A DNA stretch of 64,000 nt, from positions 1 to 64,000 of the IMG/VR virus record IMGVR_UViG_3300021962_007571. One strand, 5' to 3'. The DNA is from a virus. Of the stretch, positions 1 to 11,379 are shown piece after piece (the first letter of the stretch is position 1; the number at the start of each line of letters is the position of its first letter). The notes below the pieces were generated by a model. The model made no database searches, had not been told where the DNA came from, and was given only the letters and a program-made list of their open reading frames with translations. The translations under genes were made by a program, and so were the position numbers.

Positions 1-3000
1 TTCAATAGACATCATCTCCCTCATCAATAATTGGAAATTTCTATAAATACCGTCACTATTAATTGCCAACTTATCTACTTGTATTTTAGTAGTAACCTGA
101 CTTCCAACTTGAACTGAAGAATATTCGTATAATGATTTTGTGAATTTTAAAAATTCTCCTTCCATTATATCCATAATTTCTCTGTTAAACACTGAAAGAA
201 TTTCTTCATTAGAAGTATAGGCAGTTGCGTTACCTAATAAAAATGACTGTTGTTGTGTCTCACCTGTTAATATCTGTTTGAAGTATTGTTCAGGAGTTGG
301 TATATCAATTTTATTAGTATCAAAATATCCATAGTTAGGTAATGACCAAAAAGTTCTCACCGAACCGTTAAATACTGCAGGGTTAAACTTAACTGGTTGA
401 ATTAATTTATTATTGTTATTAAAACATTCACCGTTAATTTGATTAACACTACTTGTACCAAAAGAAGGTACCACATAACTTAAATTTTTAGAATCTTCGT
501 TAAGAACACAACTCCAAGGTTTAACTTGTAATATATCAGTGGCATCATTATCATCATAACCTTTATTTTTATCAATAACCGAATCAGAATTTAAAATTAA
601 CGTAAAACCGTTAGGTGATGATAGTTTTGATTGTATCACCGAATCAGTATAGGCACTAAACACATCATACCCTCTATAGAATGTTGAGAAGTCATTTATT
701 AATTGTGGATAGAATCCAATATTCATATTAGTTAGAGTATCAGACCCAACTAGTGTAGTATTTTGTAATGTAATTGCTTGGTTATTACCGTTAATAACTA
801 AATTATAAGTTTTAGCAGGATTATTAGTAATAGGGTCAAAATTATATGTAGATTGGAAATCAGTCAAAACATTGGATAATATGTCAGTACCAGTTTCAAC
901 CCAGGTTTTGTATCTATGCCAAATAGAACCGTATTTTAAAACCCAAGCGTATGGTATTCTATGAATTGCTCCAAATTTTTTAAATGTGGCAAAAATATAA
1001 TCTAAATCGGTTGTTGAGGTTCCATTATATGTTTTATACTTTTCTCTAAGGGTGGCTAAAGGTAAACTATTCAAGAATAAAAACGCAGAACTTTTAAATG
1101 GTGTTGTACTACCTGTTAAGAAGTCTTTAACTCCTTCTTGTATTGAATTAATAAAGTAAGGAGTGTTTAACATTGATGTTGTTTGATTTGCAGTTACGTT
1201 ACCACTATAATCAGTATATTTTAAATTACCTTCAGTAGGTAATTGTTTTTCATTAGTTCTTGTATTATAAAACGCCGCCAAACCTGCCGCAGGTTCTGGA
1301 GTTGCAACATTATAAAAGTTAAAATTAGTTATTGGTCTAATTTCTTTCTTACTACTAGCGGTATCAAAATTAGTTATCATTTTTTTATCACCGTTAACAA
1401 ATAATGTATTTGTAGTATTAAACACATCTAAATTACTTGATGCCCCTTTAGATAAATTACCCAAATACCAATCCGAAGAGTTATACGGGAAAGTGTCAAC
1501 AAATTGAAAAGTGTTTGTTTGAGTACTTTTTAAATAGGTTTTTAATTTTTCTATTTGTGTAGGTACAGGTTTAACTACTGTATTACCTGGTGTTATTAAT
1601 GATGTATCTGTTATCACAAAACTATTGTCAACCTCTTGTTGAATATATGGTGTTGCAAATTCACCTCTAATGAATTTTTGCCAACTTTCACCAATACCTC
1701 CACTAGATATGTGAGCCAAGAAAGGAACAATGTTATTTGAATTTAAACCATATTGTTTTAACTTACCAACTAAGTAAGGACTGTCATTCTCTAAAGAATT
1801 TTTAATATTTAAAAATTCAGACTCAGCAATTACATCCGCGATTTGATTTTCAGAACCTGGTTTAAAGTATCTTTGGTAACTAGATGACAATAATACTCTC
1901 TCATACATTTCGTATAAGAATTTAGCCTCTTGTTTGTTTCCAAATATATTATTACCAGTGGGGAAATCTAATGCGTATAATGAAACCCTATTAATATCTT
2001 GAGCAGTGTTTTGTAATGGACCGTAATCAGGTAAAGGGTTTTTTCTTTGGGTATACCCTTTTAAAAATTCTTCAACAAATTCAATCTCAGGCCAAACATC
2101 ATATAAAAAACCTTTAGTTTTTGATATTACTTTTGGGTCACCAGGATATGTTAATTCAAATTTTTCTCCTTTATCGTTATTGGTTTCAACAAAGTATTGA
2201 GGCCAAGGGTAAATAGGAATTAAATTACCGCTATCAGTTTGAGTCGAGTCTTTAGAATCGGTAGAAGGAGTTGACCTGTCATTTCCAAGAACCGCATTAA
2301 CTCTATTTTTATCTTCTCTAACCTCCCAAGCATTTTGATGGACATCATCCATTAATCTTAGGAATGCTTCAGCATTAGATAATAGAACCGCTAAAATATT
2401 TTTAATAGTCGGTTTAAAACCTAAACCACCATCTTTAGCCGCTAATCTACTTGATAATATATCCGCAAGTTTTTGTTGAATCTCTTGTGATTTGGTATTC
2501 AAATCATTTTGGGCCAACTGTATTAATTTACTAAATGACCCTTCACCTTCAAAGTAGAACCAATTATTTACGGTGTTACCATCCTTGTCAAAAGTGACAG
2601 AATTAAAAATAGGTTGTAATTTAGTTTTAAATTGTTCTAACTCAGTTGTTGTTGGTGTTTTATTAAATTGTAACACATATGATTTGTTATAATCAATAGA
2701 ATTTGGATTAACTGTCATTCCACTAATGGTTTCAGGTTTAATTGTAGACCAAACATCTATTTGTGAAACAGTTTCTTTTTTTCCAATAACGTACTTACCA
2801 TTTTCACCAAAAGTTTTATTCTCTTTTAATAAGTTATTGTATTTTGAAATTATTCTTAATAAATCACTTTGTGCAGTACCAACATTAGGATTATTAACAC
2901 CTCCTTGTCGTATTTCTTTTTTATATGTGTATATATTAGTACCACCCTTATCTGTTATAAAATAAGGCGCGGTAGTATCCATATATTTGTAAAACCAAGA

Positions 3001-4065
3001 CTCGCCTCTCCATAACAATATTTCTTGTTCGTACTTATTTAAAGTATCTCTGAAATTTTCAACATCAGTTAATGGCGTTAAATCCGCTTTAGTAAAAGTT
3101 TCTGAAATATAAGTTTCAAGTTTTTTTAATCTTTCCGTTAATTCGGTTAAAGTTATCTCAGGGAAATCAGAATCAATTAAACCTTTATTTTTATATTCAG
3201 AATAAACTTCTTTAATTTTTTGTCTTCCTTTTGAAGTTGGTATTGTCGTAACTCCTTGCGGTCCTGTCGGAGCTGGTGTTACACCTGTATTATTAGCGGG
3301 ACTAATATTGTAGTTAGTTCTATACATATACGGAAGTGCCTGTAAGTACTTCATAGGTATTTGTGTTAGAACATTGAATTTATAAGCGTAAAATTTAACT
3401 GTAATTTTAAAATTACCAGAACCTGTATCAAATGTTGCGTTAAAATTTCTTAATGCTAATTGATACTTAACGGCTTTACCAAGATATCCTTTAATGGTTA
3501 AAAAGAACATTGGGTAAGGATAATTGAAGAATACCGCGTATGGTGAATTCTCCCCCTTTTCAAACAAAGCACGTCCTCTAACGTCTTCCATTTGAATTGT
3601 AACTTCAGGGAATAGATTTAAATTAGTATCTATAGAGATTTGAGTAATACCCAAAAGTTCGGTATCAACATTATTTTTAACAGTTTGTGATAAGAATATT
3701 TCTCGATTCTTATCATCTTTCTCAAGGTTTTTTTGTATTTGATTTGTACCTTTACCATTGATGCTATCTAACCCTGTTAGTTCATCAAGATAATCATTAG
3801 TTAAAAATTCTTTATTTCCTGGCTTTAAGAAATTAACCGAAGCGATTGATACTTTTTCATTATTAAAGTATCCGTTAGGTCCCGCAGCTAATCTAGTTCT
3901 TGGAAATAGAGTACATTCCAAATTCGCATAATAAACTAAGTCTTCGTGTCTAAGAAGTCTTTCTTTAACATTACCTTGACCATCTATAGTTTTATTTGGG
4001 TCTACCAAAACTATATTTTGATAGTCAAATTCTACCAATATATTTTCATTATTGTTACCTACCAT
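1..4065 (-). CDS. Large baseplate/hub-associated structural protein (>1350 aa, runs off the window start)
   Basis: Missing from the ORF track because it is truncated. ATG at 4065 (MVGNNNENILVEFDYQ...) overlaps the stop of the upstream gene. I read about the first 650 codons and the last 20 codons in frame without a stop. Lies directly downstream of the LysM/gp53-like gene. Confidence 0.75.
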   Translation of the reverse strand, partial: MVGNNNENILVEFDYQNIVLVDPNKTIDGQGNVKERLLRHEDLVYYANLECTLFPRTRLAAGPNGYFNNEKVSIASVNFLKPGNKEFLTNDYLDELTGLDSINGKGTNQIQKNLEKDDKNREIFLSQTVKNNVDTELLGITQISIDTNLNLFPEVTIQMEDVRGRALFEKGENSPYAVFFNYPYPMFFLTIKGYLGKAVKYQLALRNFNATFDTGSGNFKITVKFYAYKFNVLTQIPMKYLQALPYMYRTNYNISPANNTGVTPAPTGPQGVTTIPTSKGRQKIKEVYSEYKNKGLIDSDFPEITLTELTERLKKLETYISETFTKADLTPLTDVENFRDTLNKYEQEILLWRGESWFYKYMDTTAPYFITDKGGTNIYTYKKEIRQGGVNNPNVGTAQSDLLRIISKYNNLLKENKTFGENGKYVIGKKETVSQIDVWSTIKPETISGMTVNPNSIDYNKSYVLQFNKTPTTTELEQFKTKLQPIFNSVTFDKDGNTVNNWFYFEGEGSFSKLIQLAQNDLNTKSQEIQQKLADILSSRLAAKDGGLGFKPTIKNILAVLLSNAEAFLRLMDDVHQNAWEVREDKNRVNAVLGNDRSTPSTDSKDSTQTDSGNLIPIYPWPQYFVETNNDKGEKFELTYPGDPKVISKTKGFLYDVWPEIEFVEEFLKGYTQRKNPLPDYGPLQNTAQDINRVSLYALDFPTGNNIFGNKQEAKFLYEMYERVLLSSSYQRYFKPGSENQIADVIAESEFLNIKNSLENDSPYLVGKLKQYGLNSNNIVPFLAHISSGGIGESWQKFIRGEFATPYIQQEVDNSFVITDTSLITPGNTVVKPVPTQIEKLKTYLKSTQTNTFQFVDTFPYNSSDWYLGNLSKGASSNLDVFNTTNTLFVNGDKKMITNFDTASSKKEIRPITNFNFYNVATPEPAAGLAAFYNTRTNEKQLPTEGNLKYTDYSGNVTANQTTSMLNTPYFINSIQEGVKDFLTGSTTPFKSSAFLFLNSLPLATLREKYKTYNGTSTTDLDYIFATFKKFGAIHRIPYAWVLKYGSIWHRYKTWVETGTDILSNVLTDFQSTYNFDPITNNPAKTYNLVINGNNQAITLQNTTLVGSDTLTNMNIGFYPQLINDFSTFYRGYDVFSAYTDSVIQSKLSSPNGFTLILNSDSVIDKNKGYDDNDATDILQVKPWSCVLNEDSKNLSYVVPSFGTSSVNQINGECFNNNNKLIQPVKFNPAVFNGSVRTFWSLPNYGYFDTNKIDIPTPEQYFKQILTGETQQQSFLLGNATAYTSNEEILSVFNREIMDIMEGEFLKFTKSLYEYSSVQVGSQVTTKIQVDKLAINSDGIYRNFQLLMREMMSIE

Positions 4066-4378
4066 AATAGAAGAAATAATTATTTAATGCGGCTTCATAA
4101 TCTTGGACTGATGCAATTAATGGAAATGGTATTGTTAATATTCCGTTATCAGGAATATTCCATTCTAAACCACCATACTGAGGATTAGCAAGCATTATTA
4201 CCCACCCAAAAAAAGGACTACCATAATATTCTTGACTTATTTTGTCCAATCTACTAACTCCCGTTTTATAAAAATATCTTTTATCGGTAGATTTTGAAGG
4301 TAACTTAACAAAAGGCACAACGGTCTGTTGACCGTTAATCAAAAAATTATAATATCTATCGAAATATAAATCAGCCAT
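4055..4378 (-). CDS. Baseplate wedge protein, LysM / T4 gp53 / P2 gpX-like
   Basis: RLDKISQEYYGSPFFGWVIMLANP...GILTIP is the LysM-like pattern of gp53/tail X; position after tape measure and baseplate genes. Confidence 0.75.
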   Translation of the reverse strand: MADLYFDRYYNFLINGQQTVVPFVKLPSKSTDKRYFYKTGVSRLDKISQEYYGSPFFGWVIMLANPQYGGLEWNIPDNGILTIPFPLIASVQDYEAALNNYFFYYGR

Positions 4379-7300
4379 TAGTTAAATTTATTTTTTCCGT
4401 TAAATGTTTTAACATCCGTATTTGAGTTACCATTCTTATACAAGTTTTGAATTTGTGTAGACTGTGTTTGGGTAGTTGCAACATAATTTGTAAATGTAAA
4501 CTTCCTAACTTTCTTGTCTTTAAATGGTGTCCAAGGTTTATATTTTTTAGTTTGAGGTGACTCATAAACAGTTGCTTTAAAATCACCGATTGATTTTATT
4601 TCAGCTTCGTGTTCAGTTTTATAGAAATTATTGATTCTATTACTAAACAGTTGGTTAAATTTAGAACCTAATGTTGGTCCTCCTGATTGTACATCAACAA
4701 TGTCAGGAGTTATTACCGCTCCGCTAAAGGATTGGTAAGTATTTTTATCTAATACAACTTTACTCATAGCGGTGTAGAATCTTTTTTCTGCATCCGCCCA
4801 AACTTCTGAATTAGTACCAAATCCATTAGGTTTTAAAAGTTTAATATCATCTAAATCAACTTTAGTCCCGACAAAACCCCCAGATTTAAAATCAGTATAA
4901 AAAGAATATAATAAATCAACGGCAGAATTGTAGTCAAATACTAATTCGTCATATGTATTAGTTTGTTGTGAACCCGCCTGTACTTCTGTAGTGGCACTTA
5001 AATTATACGCCATTACATTTTGGTCACTTTTAATGTAACCATCAGTCTTAGTGTCAATAACATCTAACTTTCTAAAAGTTTTAACCAAATTCTGTTGGTT
5101 AGTTGTAATCTCTTGATTAACTGAAGTTAGTGATGTTATCATAGTTTGTCTTGCCAAATTAACTTGGTTAACCATTTGAGATTTAACTTTTCTCATAACG
5201 GTATTACTAAACTTCTGATAATATAATTCTCTTATCACATCAAAACCACTATCGTTCTCACTATTAACACTATTAATATCATTAACTACTTTATCAAATA
5301 ACTCATTAATTCTTTTTTCAACATTTTCAGGTTTACCATAAATTTCTAAATCTTTAGGTGTTGTAAATTCTCGAGTTTTACCTTTAGAGTAATTTACCTC
5401 ACTACTAAATAATTGTAATACAGGTAAGTTAAAGTCTTTGATTATTTGTTCAGTTTTATTAACCGCAGAATCCATATAACTTTGACCCTGAGGAATAATA
5501 GAATCCATTATTTTCTCATAACTAGTAGAACCACTAGTTCCCGCATCAGATTCCACTTTATCTAAAATAGTTCCAATAGTGTCCCCACCTTCGTTTGGAA
5601 TACTATTTTGAAGGTTATTAATTCCGACAATAGGAGAATCATCAAGTATTGCCTTAACTAAAGCCTCATCTATTTTCTTATATGAATCATCAGTTGCATC
5701 CGCTCTGTCATCATACATTTCAGTATTACCATAATAGTTGAAAGACAATGCGTTTTGTAATTTATCAATTGGTTCTTTTAGTCCTTGTCCACCGACAAAG
5801 TTAAAGTTTAAACTAATTTTAGCAATCATTGGTTGAACACCGATACCTTCAGGGTTCATATCAAAGACTAATGGGTCATAAGAAATCTGTAATCCTGTTG
5901 GTATTATTTTGGTATGATAAAAATCTCCAACTCTTAAAACAAGTACAGGTGGTGCTCCAAAACTTGTATTAACCGAACTGTTATATTTTGGTTTACCATC
6001 AGTACCTATTACAGGTATTGTATCTCCAGGTCTCATACATTGTTGTAAGAAAGTTAATCTAGAGTTCAATCCTTCAGGAGTAATTGAATGGAATGTTGGG
6101 CTAAAATATTTAATTTGTTGTTTGATTGAATCGTAAAACATTGGGTTAGTTTGTTCAACCATTTCAAAATAATCACATTCAGATAATAAATTTCTTAATA
6201 TTTTTTTACTAATACCATCTTTAATTTTTTGAGTAGTTGTAATTGTAGGTGGAACTGGTGTTGCTCCAACAAAAGGAGCCCCATTCTCATTGTTAGGTTG
6301 GTTCGATGTAGTATTATTATTAGTGGTTATTGGGGTATTAGGTATTGAATCTACTGTTATATCTTCGATAACAACCCTTCTACAAGCCATTGCATTTGGA
6401 GAGTATATTTTATCGTACTGTGTTTTATTAGTATCAGAATCCGTACAAGTATAACCCGCATTTGGTCCGACAGGTTTTCCTGTTCCATCTTTTGTTATAA
6501 CAACCGCCTCTTCACCTAAGAAATTTTGTGTAACAATAAGTTTTTGATTATCTAGATAATTTGCTAAAACCCCACCATTAACTTTACGTAAGTATTTAAT
6601 AACCGAATCAACTCTTCTTTGTGATAATATTTTATTATAAGCTTTTGTGTTTGGTGCTGAAGCACTACCAGCTAAAACAATTTTTATTGTTGCGGTAGTA
6701 CCTTTACCATCTGTGGTTCTATTACTTTCAAATATTTTTTGAATTTGGTTAACCATTTCCTTATTCTTTTCAAAATTGCCTTGAATAACATTTTTAAAGA
6801 ATTGTTCTATTGATAGTTTGTTATCATTAGTCGCCGCATTATTTTGGTATCTTTGTAATGTTGATGGTGATGTGTATGTGTTATACGTTGCGTCATATGA
6901 AGTTGTTGAAACAGTATTTGTTGTGTTTGGGTCAGGAATATCATTATCAAAATAATACCCTATACCTTTATACGGGTTTAAATCGGGTTGTGGGGTAGTT
7001 ACTGACGAAGTAGTTTGAGCGGTAACCACTGGAAACTCATTAGTAATTTGTTTAAAATCTTCTTGAGTGACTCTTGGTTGGCTAATGATTTGTTGTAATT
7101 CAAATAGGTCACTTTTACTAAAAGTATTCCATCTTCTTGCTAATTCATAGATATCATATTTTAAACAACCCGCAAAAAATGAATCTATGATTCTATTCAT
7201 TTCTTGAGGAGCGATATTTTTTAATTGTTTATTTACAATTAAATTTAATACAGATGGATGGTCAACAATAATTGACCAACTTAAACTACCACTTCTTTTA

Positions 7301-9318
7301 GTATTTTGGTATGTATATATTGGCTCAGGTCTACCTAAGAAATTATTTTCAGAGAAATGTGGACTAACACTTTCATTGAAAGTAATGTTATATGGTGGGA
7401 ACCACATAATTCTACCTCCATTAGGTCCTTTCTCACATTCAGGTAATTCATCGTAAGTAAATCCAGGTCTATTTGAAGTTCTCCAAGCCAAATTCTCGAT
7501 TGAGAACATATACTTTTTAACTTTACCATCAACAATATTTGACGAGCCAGGATTTTTAAAAGGAGCAATGTTTAAGTTATAAGTGTTATCTAAAACAGAA
7601 TATGTAAATTTTCTATGATTACCGTCTGTTTTTTGTAAATCGTCAAAAGTTAAGTATGGAGTATCCTTAGTAAAAATTCTACAATATTCATTACCAACAA
7701 CAACACCGTTTGTATCGACATAAGAAACAACTTTTGAACCTTTAGTAATTTCTTTATAACCATCGTTAAAAACTTTACTTAATTGGTTAATTGCATTACC
7801 AACGTGTGATAATCTTTTACTACCTCTTGGTGTTGAGTCAACTAATCTTTGGGTATTACTTAATATACTATCTTCCGTAAACGTATAATCATTACTTAAA
7901 ATAGAATCTATTTTAGATTTAACTTCATTAAATGATGGTCCTTCACTTCCTTGGTCACCGCCAATTAACGCTCTATAACCAGCATTATTATATTTTGGAG
8001 AAGTCCAAACTAAACCGTCACCAACACCAAAACCATCAGTAAACGAACCACTATTAAATCCAATTTTTAAATTGTTAGCGGCATTGTTTTCAAATAGTTT
8101 TGACATATCTGTAGGTCCATAAACAATCGCTTGGGTATCTCTACCTAAACTATCGTAAGGAACCTCACCAAGTGGGGATGAAATATATGTAGGGTCTTGA
8201 ACTGATGAACCTACGTAGTAATTTGTAGGTACGTCAATGTTTGGTGCCACACCTAAAACATTAATAACACCTTGAGCTACGTCTTGTAATAAATTTCTTC
8301 TATAATTTGGTTTGTACTTATTATAATTTAAACTTCTAAATAACGCTGAAGATGTTCCTGAGCCAGTGTTTAATAGTAATCTTTCAGATGGGCTTTTAGT
8401 TCTAATAACTTTAGGACCCAAGTATTGTTGTATTGGACCTAAGATACTACTAACATTTAATGCGTTACCAATTTGACCTACAACGGCAGGGTATCTAGAG
8501 TTAAGTTCATCTTGAAAGTAATCACCAGGAATTGGAGATGTTGGACTATATGAACCTGAGATTCTTTGGATAAAATTACCATTAATATCATCAGGACCAT
8601 TAGTTATGGTTATCTTAGCAGTTGTATTTAAAAGATTAGTATTACCTCTTAATAAATCTGTGGCTTGTGCGAATATACCTTGGTTAATATTTGCGTTCTG
8701 ATTTTGTAGAGTATTAACCGTTACGGTAGACGCCCTATCTTTTAATAATTTTTTTAGACTACTAGCACCTAATTGAGTAATATATGAATCCTGAGATAAT
8801 GTACCGTCACTACCTTGTGGGTTTGAATCCATTAAAATTTGATACGGACTATAGGTTGACGGTATAAAACTTAGTGGGTCTGAGTATTGTATAAATGTAG
8901 GTACAGATTGTATGTTATTTATTGATACAAGTTGTATTGGGTTTTGGGAAGAATACTTGTTTTGAGTTGGTATTGTTAATTCAAAAGGTGCACTAAGTTG
9001 TGGTAACTTAGCATCCATAAAATCATAAGGACCTAAATTAGAAACAGTGTTTGATAATCCTCCAACGTTAATATTTTTATTATAACCACCATTAGGACCG
9101 TAGGCGTTTAATGGGTATAATAAATCGGCGAATGGGTCATCAGCAATTAAATTGTCATCAGAATTAAAAATACCCTCATCTCGTAATATTACTTCGTGAA
9201 CAATACTACTCTGTGATTGTGATACGTAACTACCAGGCACAGTGTATGGTGATAAATTTCTTGATAATAATTTATCTCTAAACCCTGCGGTTGATGGAAA
9301 TGTTAAAGTACTTGGCAT
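4378..9318 (-). CDS. Large baseplate/tail-tube-initiator-like protein with an inserted OmpA-C-like domain
   Basis: 1646 aa directly after the tape measure gene. Tube-initiator-like segments (FLGRPEPIYTYQNTKRSGSLSW; APPVLVLRVGDF) flank an OmpA-like segment (GSASAP..YNKILSQRRVDSV..RRVVI). Confidence 0.6.
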   Translation of the reverse strand: MPSTLTFPSTAGFRDKLLSRNLSPYTVPGSYVSQSQSSIVHEVILRDEGIFNSDDNLIADDPFADLLYPLNAYGPNGGYNKNINVGGLSNTVSNLGPYDFMDAKLPQLSAPFELTIPTQNKYSSQNPIQLVSINNIQSVPTFIQYSDPLSFIPSTYSPYQILMDSNPQGSDGTLSQDSYITQLGASSLKKLLKDRASTVTVNTLQNQNANINQGIFAQATDLLRGNTNLLNTTAKITITNGPDDINGNFIQRISGSYSPTSPIPGDYFQDELNSRYPAVVGQIGNALNVSSILGPIQQYLGPKVIRTKSPSERLLLNTGSGTSSALFRSLNYNKYKPNYRRNLLQDVAQGVINVLGVAPNIDVPTNYYVGSSVQDPTYISSPLGEVPYDSLGRDTQAIVYGPTDMSKLFENNAANNLKIGFNSGSFTDGFGVGDGLVWTSPKYNNAGYRALIGGDQGSEGPSFNEVKSKIDSILSNDYTFTEDSILSNTQRLVDSTPRGSKRLSHVGNAINQLSKVFNDGYKEITKGSKVVSYVDTNGVVVGNEYCRIFTKDTPYLTFDDLQKTDGNHRKFTYSVLDNTYNLNIAPFKNPGSSNIVDGKVKKYMFSIENLAWRTSNRPGFTYDELPECEKGPNGGRIMWFPPYNITFNESVSPHFSENNFLGRPEPIYTYQNTKRSGSLSWSIIVDHPSVLNLIVNKQLKNIAPQEMNRIIDSFFAGCLKYDIYELARRWNTFSKSDLFELQQIISQPRVTQEDFKQITNEFPVVTAQTTSSVTTPQPDLNPYKGIGYYFDNDIPDPNTTNTVSTTSYDATYNTYTSPSTLQRYQNNAATNDNKLSIEQFFKNVIQGNFEKNKEMVNQIQKIFESNRTTDGKGTTATIKIVLAGSASAPNTKAYNKILSQRRVDSVIKYLRKVNGGVLANYLDNQKLIVTQNFLGEEAVVITKDGTGKPVGPNAGYTCTDSDTNKTQYDKIYSPNAMACRRVVIEDITVDSIPNTPITTNNNTTSNQPNNENGAPFVGATPVPPTITTTQKIKDGISKKILRNLLSECDYFEMVEQTNPMFYDSIKQQIKYFSPTFHSITPEGLNSRLTFLQQCMRPGDTIPVIGTDGKPKYNSSVNTSFGAPPVLVLRVGDFYHTKIIPTGLQISYDPLVFDMNPEGIGVQPMIAKISLNFNFVGGQGLKEPIDKLQNALSFNYYGNTEMYDDRADATDDSYKKIDEALVKAILDDSPIVGINNLQNSIPNEGGDTIGTILDKVESDAGTSGSTSYEKIMDSIIPQGQSYMDSAVNKTEQIIKDFNLPVLQLFSSEVNYSKGKTREFTTPKDLEIYGKPENVEKRINELFDKVVNDINSVNSENDSGFDVIRELYYQKFSNTVMRKVKSQMVNQVNLARQTMITSLTSVNQEITTNQQNLVKTFRKLDVIDTKTDGYIKSDQNVMAYNLSATTEVQAGSQQTNTYDELVFDYNSAVDLLYSFYTDFKSGGFVGTKVDLDDIKLLKPNGFGTNSEVWADAEKRFYTAMSKVVLDKNTYQSFSGAVITPDIVDVQSGGPTLGSKFNQLFSNRINNFYKTEHEAEIKSIGDFKATVYESPQTKKYKPWTPFKDKKVRKFTFTNYVATTQTQSTQIQNLYKNGNSNTDVKTFNGKNKFN

Positions 9319-9355
9319 TTATATTTTTACTAATAAATAGATTTAACTTTATTTT

Positions 9356-11344
9356 TTATCTTCCCGCTCTAATCGCAACGCTAGGTCGAGAACCACCTCT
9401 TATAGTGTTTCTGTCTTTTTCAGCTTTAGCAACCATATCGGCAATTTTGTCAGACACATTACTTGTTCTAAGTGCATCTAACACACTATTTTGTAAATCT
9501 TTAGGATTTACATTTATATTAACTGTAAGTTCACTGTTTGTAGGTGTTTGTTGTTGTGCAGCAGTATTAGGTGGTACACTTGTAGGTTGTTGTGTTCCAG
9601 GTAACGATAACGAAGTTCCAGGTGTTAACCTTGTTGGAGGAGTTAATGGTGCTGGTGTGGTAAATGTTGGGTTATTTTGTTGTTGATTTGTTTGAGTATT
9701 AATTCCTGTGGCAGTTGTTAACGTACCAATTTGATTCATCATTCTATCATATTGTTCAGGTGTTAAAAATTCTTTAGGGGCTTCTATTAATTTTTGTAAT
9801 GTTTCACCCATCCCTGTTTTAAATTCCTTAGCAATATCCGCAAATCCTTGTTCACTAGTCTTAGTCCCCTCAAAAATCGACTTTAGGTTTGAAGTTAAGA
9901 CACTTTCATATTGTCTAACATTTTCTCTTAAAGCGTCATTAGTTAAAACCCCCTGTTCATTTCTTTCTAAACCAAGTGGTTTATTAAAACTTTCAACAAC
10001 TTTACTTTGTTTCTCTTCCGCAACTTTTAAAGTTCTATCAATAGCATTTGACGCAGCAATTTGTTGTGGTACAACACCTTTTCTCGCTTTTAAAGCGTTA
10101 TCCATATTCCTTAAGTGACCATTCGCAATTTTTTGTAAATCGATAGCACTTTTGGCGGGCTCATTCATTTTTTCAATGTCCTTTCTGTTAGACTCAGTTA
10201 AGTCACTAACCGCCTTTGTAACAGACCTTGTCATTTCATTACCCTGTTCGTCTTTAACTGTTTCATCAAAAGTAACAACATAAGTACCACCACTTAGTTG
10301 TGCCATATTAGCCAACATTTGTTTGTCTTTTTCGTTAGCAAAATCAGTAGGGAATCTAATCTCTTTTAATTTTCTATCTAAATCACCCGCATTCATTGCC
10401 ATTTTAGCTAATTCATCAGGCATAAGTCCCATAACTTTAGCTAATTCTCTCATCTGTCCTTGGGCACCAGGTAAAATAGACATTTTTTGATTTTTCTCAT
10501 CAAAATAAACTAATGATTTGGTTGCCTCAATAATAGACTCTTGTAATTTAGCAGGGTCGTTTCTCGCCATATCCATTAATTTATATGGGTCAAGTAAAGA
10601 TTGTACCTGTACTCCTAATCTTTGGAATGACGCAGCAGTGTCAATAGCGGCTTCAGGGTCAAATAATTTGTCCGCAAAGGCCAATGTTTTTGACATATCA
10701 ATTCTTAACCCAGCGGCTTGTGCAGCCATTTTAGCCATACCCTCAACACCATTTTCAAAATTATAAAGGGCTAATTTGTCAATACTCTTACTTAATTGAG
10801 TGTAAGTTGCAGACGCACTAACACCGACTTCTCTAGCGGTATTTAATACTTTAGTCATTTCACCACCTATGTTATACAGACCATAACCTGCGTCAACAAA
10901 TTTTCGGGTCATTTCTTCAGCAGTTTGTGATGAAGTCTTGGTTCCATCACTAACTAATTCACCTACGGCAAATAACTCAGCGTACGCATCTTTTGATAAA
11001 ATAACTTGGGTATCTAAAGCGGAAACAACACCTTTTTGGATGTCTAAAACATTCTGAATCCCCCCTCCAAGTTCTGTAACACTTGGAATAGCTCCTGCTA
11101 TCGCTTCTTTAATTGATTGGGATAAGTCTCTTGTACCACCAAAAGTAGTTGCTAAACGACCTACTTGGTCTTCCATTTTTTCAAATGTGGATAATACCGA
11201 CTCTAAACTAGTTTTTGATATTAATATATTTGAATTAAAAACACCTAAAACATCTACCGCTCCAGCAAGTGTTTCCCCTAACTTGAACGAGTCTTTGGTG
11301 GTTTTACCTGCGTCATCTGCAGGTGGTGTTTGTTGAAATAGCAT
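9356..11344 (-). CDS. Tail tape measure protein
   Basis: 662 aa, Ala/Met/Lys-rich and helical in composition, following the tube and chaperone genes. Confidence 0.75.
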   Translation of the reverse strand: MLFQQTPPADDAGKTTKDSFKLGETLAGAVDVLGVFNSNILISKTSLESVLSTFEKMEDQVGRLATTFGGTRDLSQSIKEAIAGAIPSVTELGGGIQNVLDIQKGVVSALDTQVILSKDAYAELFAVGELVSDGTKTSSQTAEEMTRKFVDAGYGLYNIGGEMTKVLNTAREVGVSASATYTQLSKSIDKLALYNFENGVEGMAKMAAQAAGLRIDMSKTLAFADKLFDPEAAIDTAASFQRLGVQVQSLLDPYKLMDMARNDPAKLQESIIEATKSLVYFDEKNQKMSILPGAQGQMRELAKVMGLMPDELAKMAMNAGDLDRKLKEIRFPTDFANEKDKQMLANMAQLSGGTYVVTFDETVKDEQGNEMTRSVTKAVSDLTESNRKDIEKMNEPAKSAIDLQKIANGHLRNMDNALKARKGVVPQQIAASNAIDRTLKVAEEKQSKVVESFNKPLGLERNEQGVLTNDALRENVRQYESVLTSNLKSIFEGTKTSEQGFADIAKEFKTGMGETLQKLIEAPKEFLTPEQYDRMMNQIGTLTTATGINTQTNQQQNNPTFTTPAPLTPPTRLTPGTSLSLPGTQQPTSVPPNTAAQQQTPTNSELTVNINVNPKDLQNSVLDALRTSNVSDKIADMVAKAEKDRNTIRGGSRPSVAIRAGR

Positions 11345-11379
11345 AGTGTTGTTTTATTTATTATATAAATACCAACACA

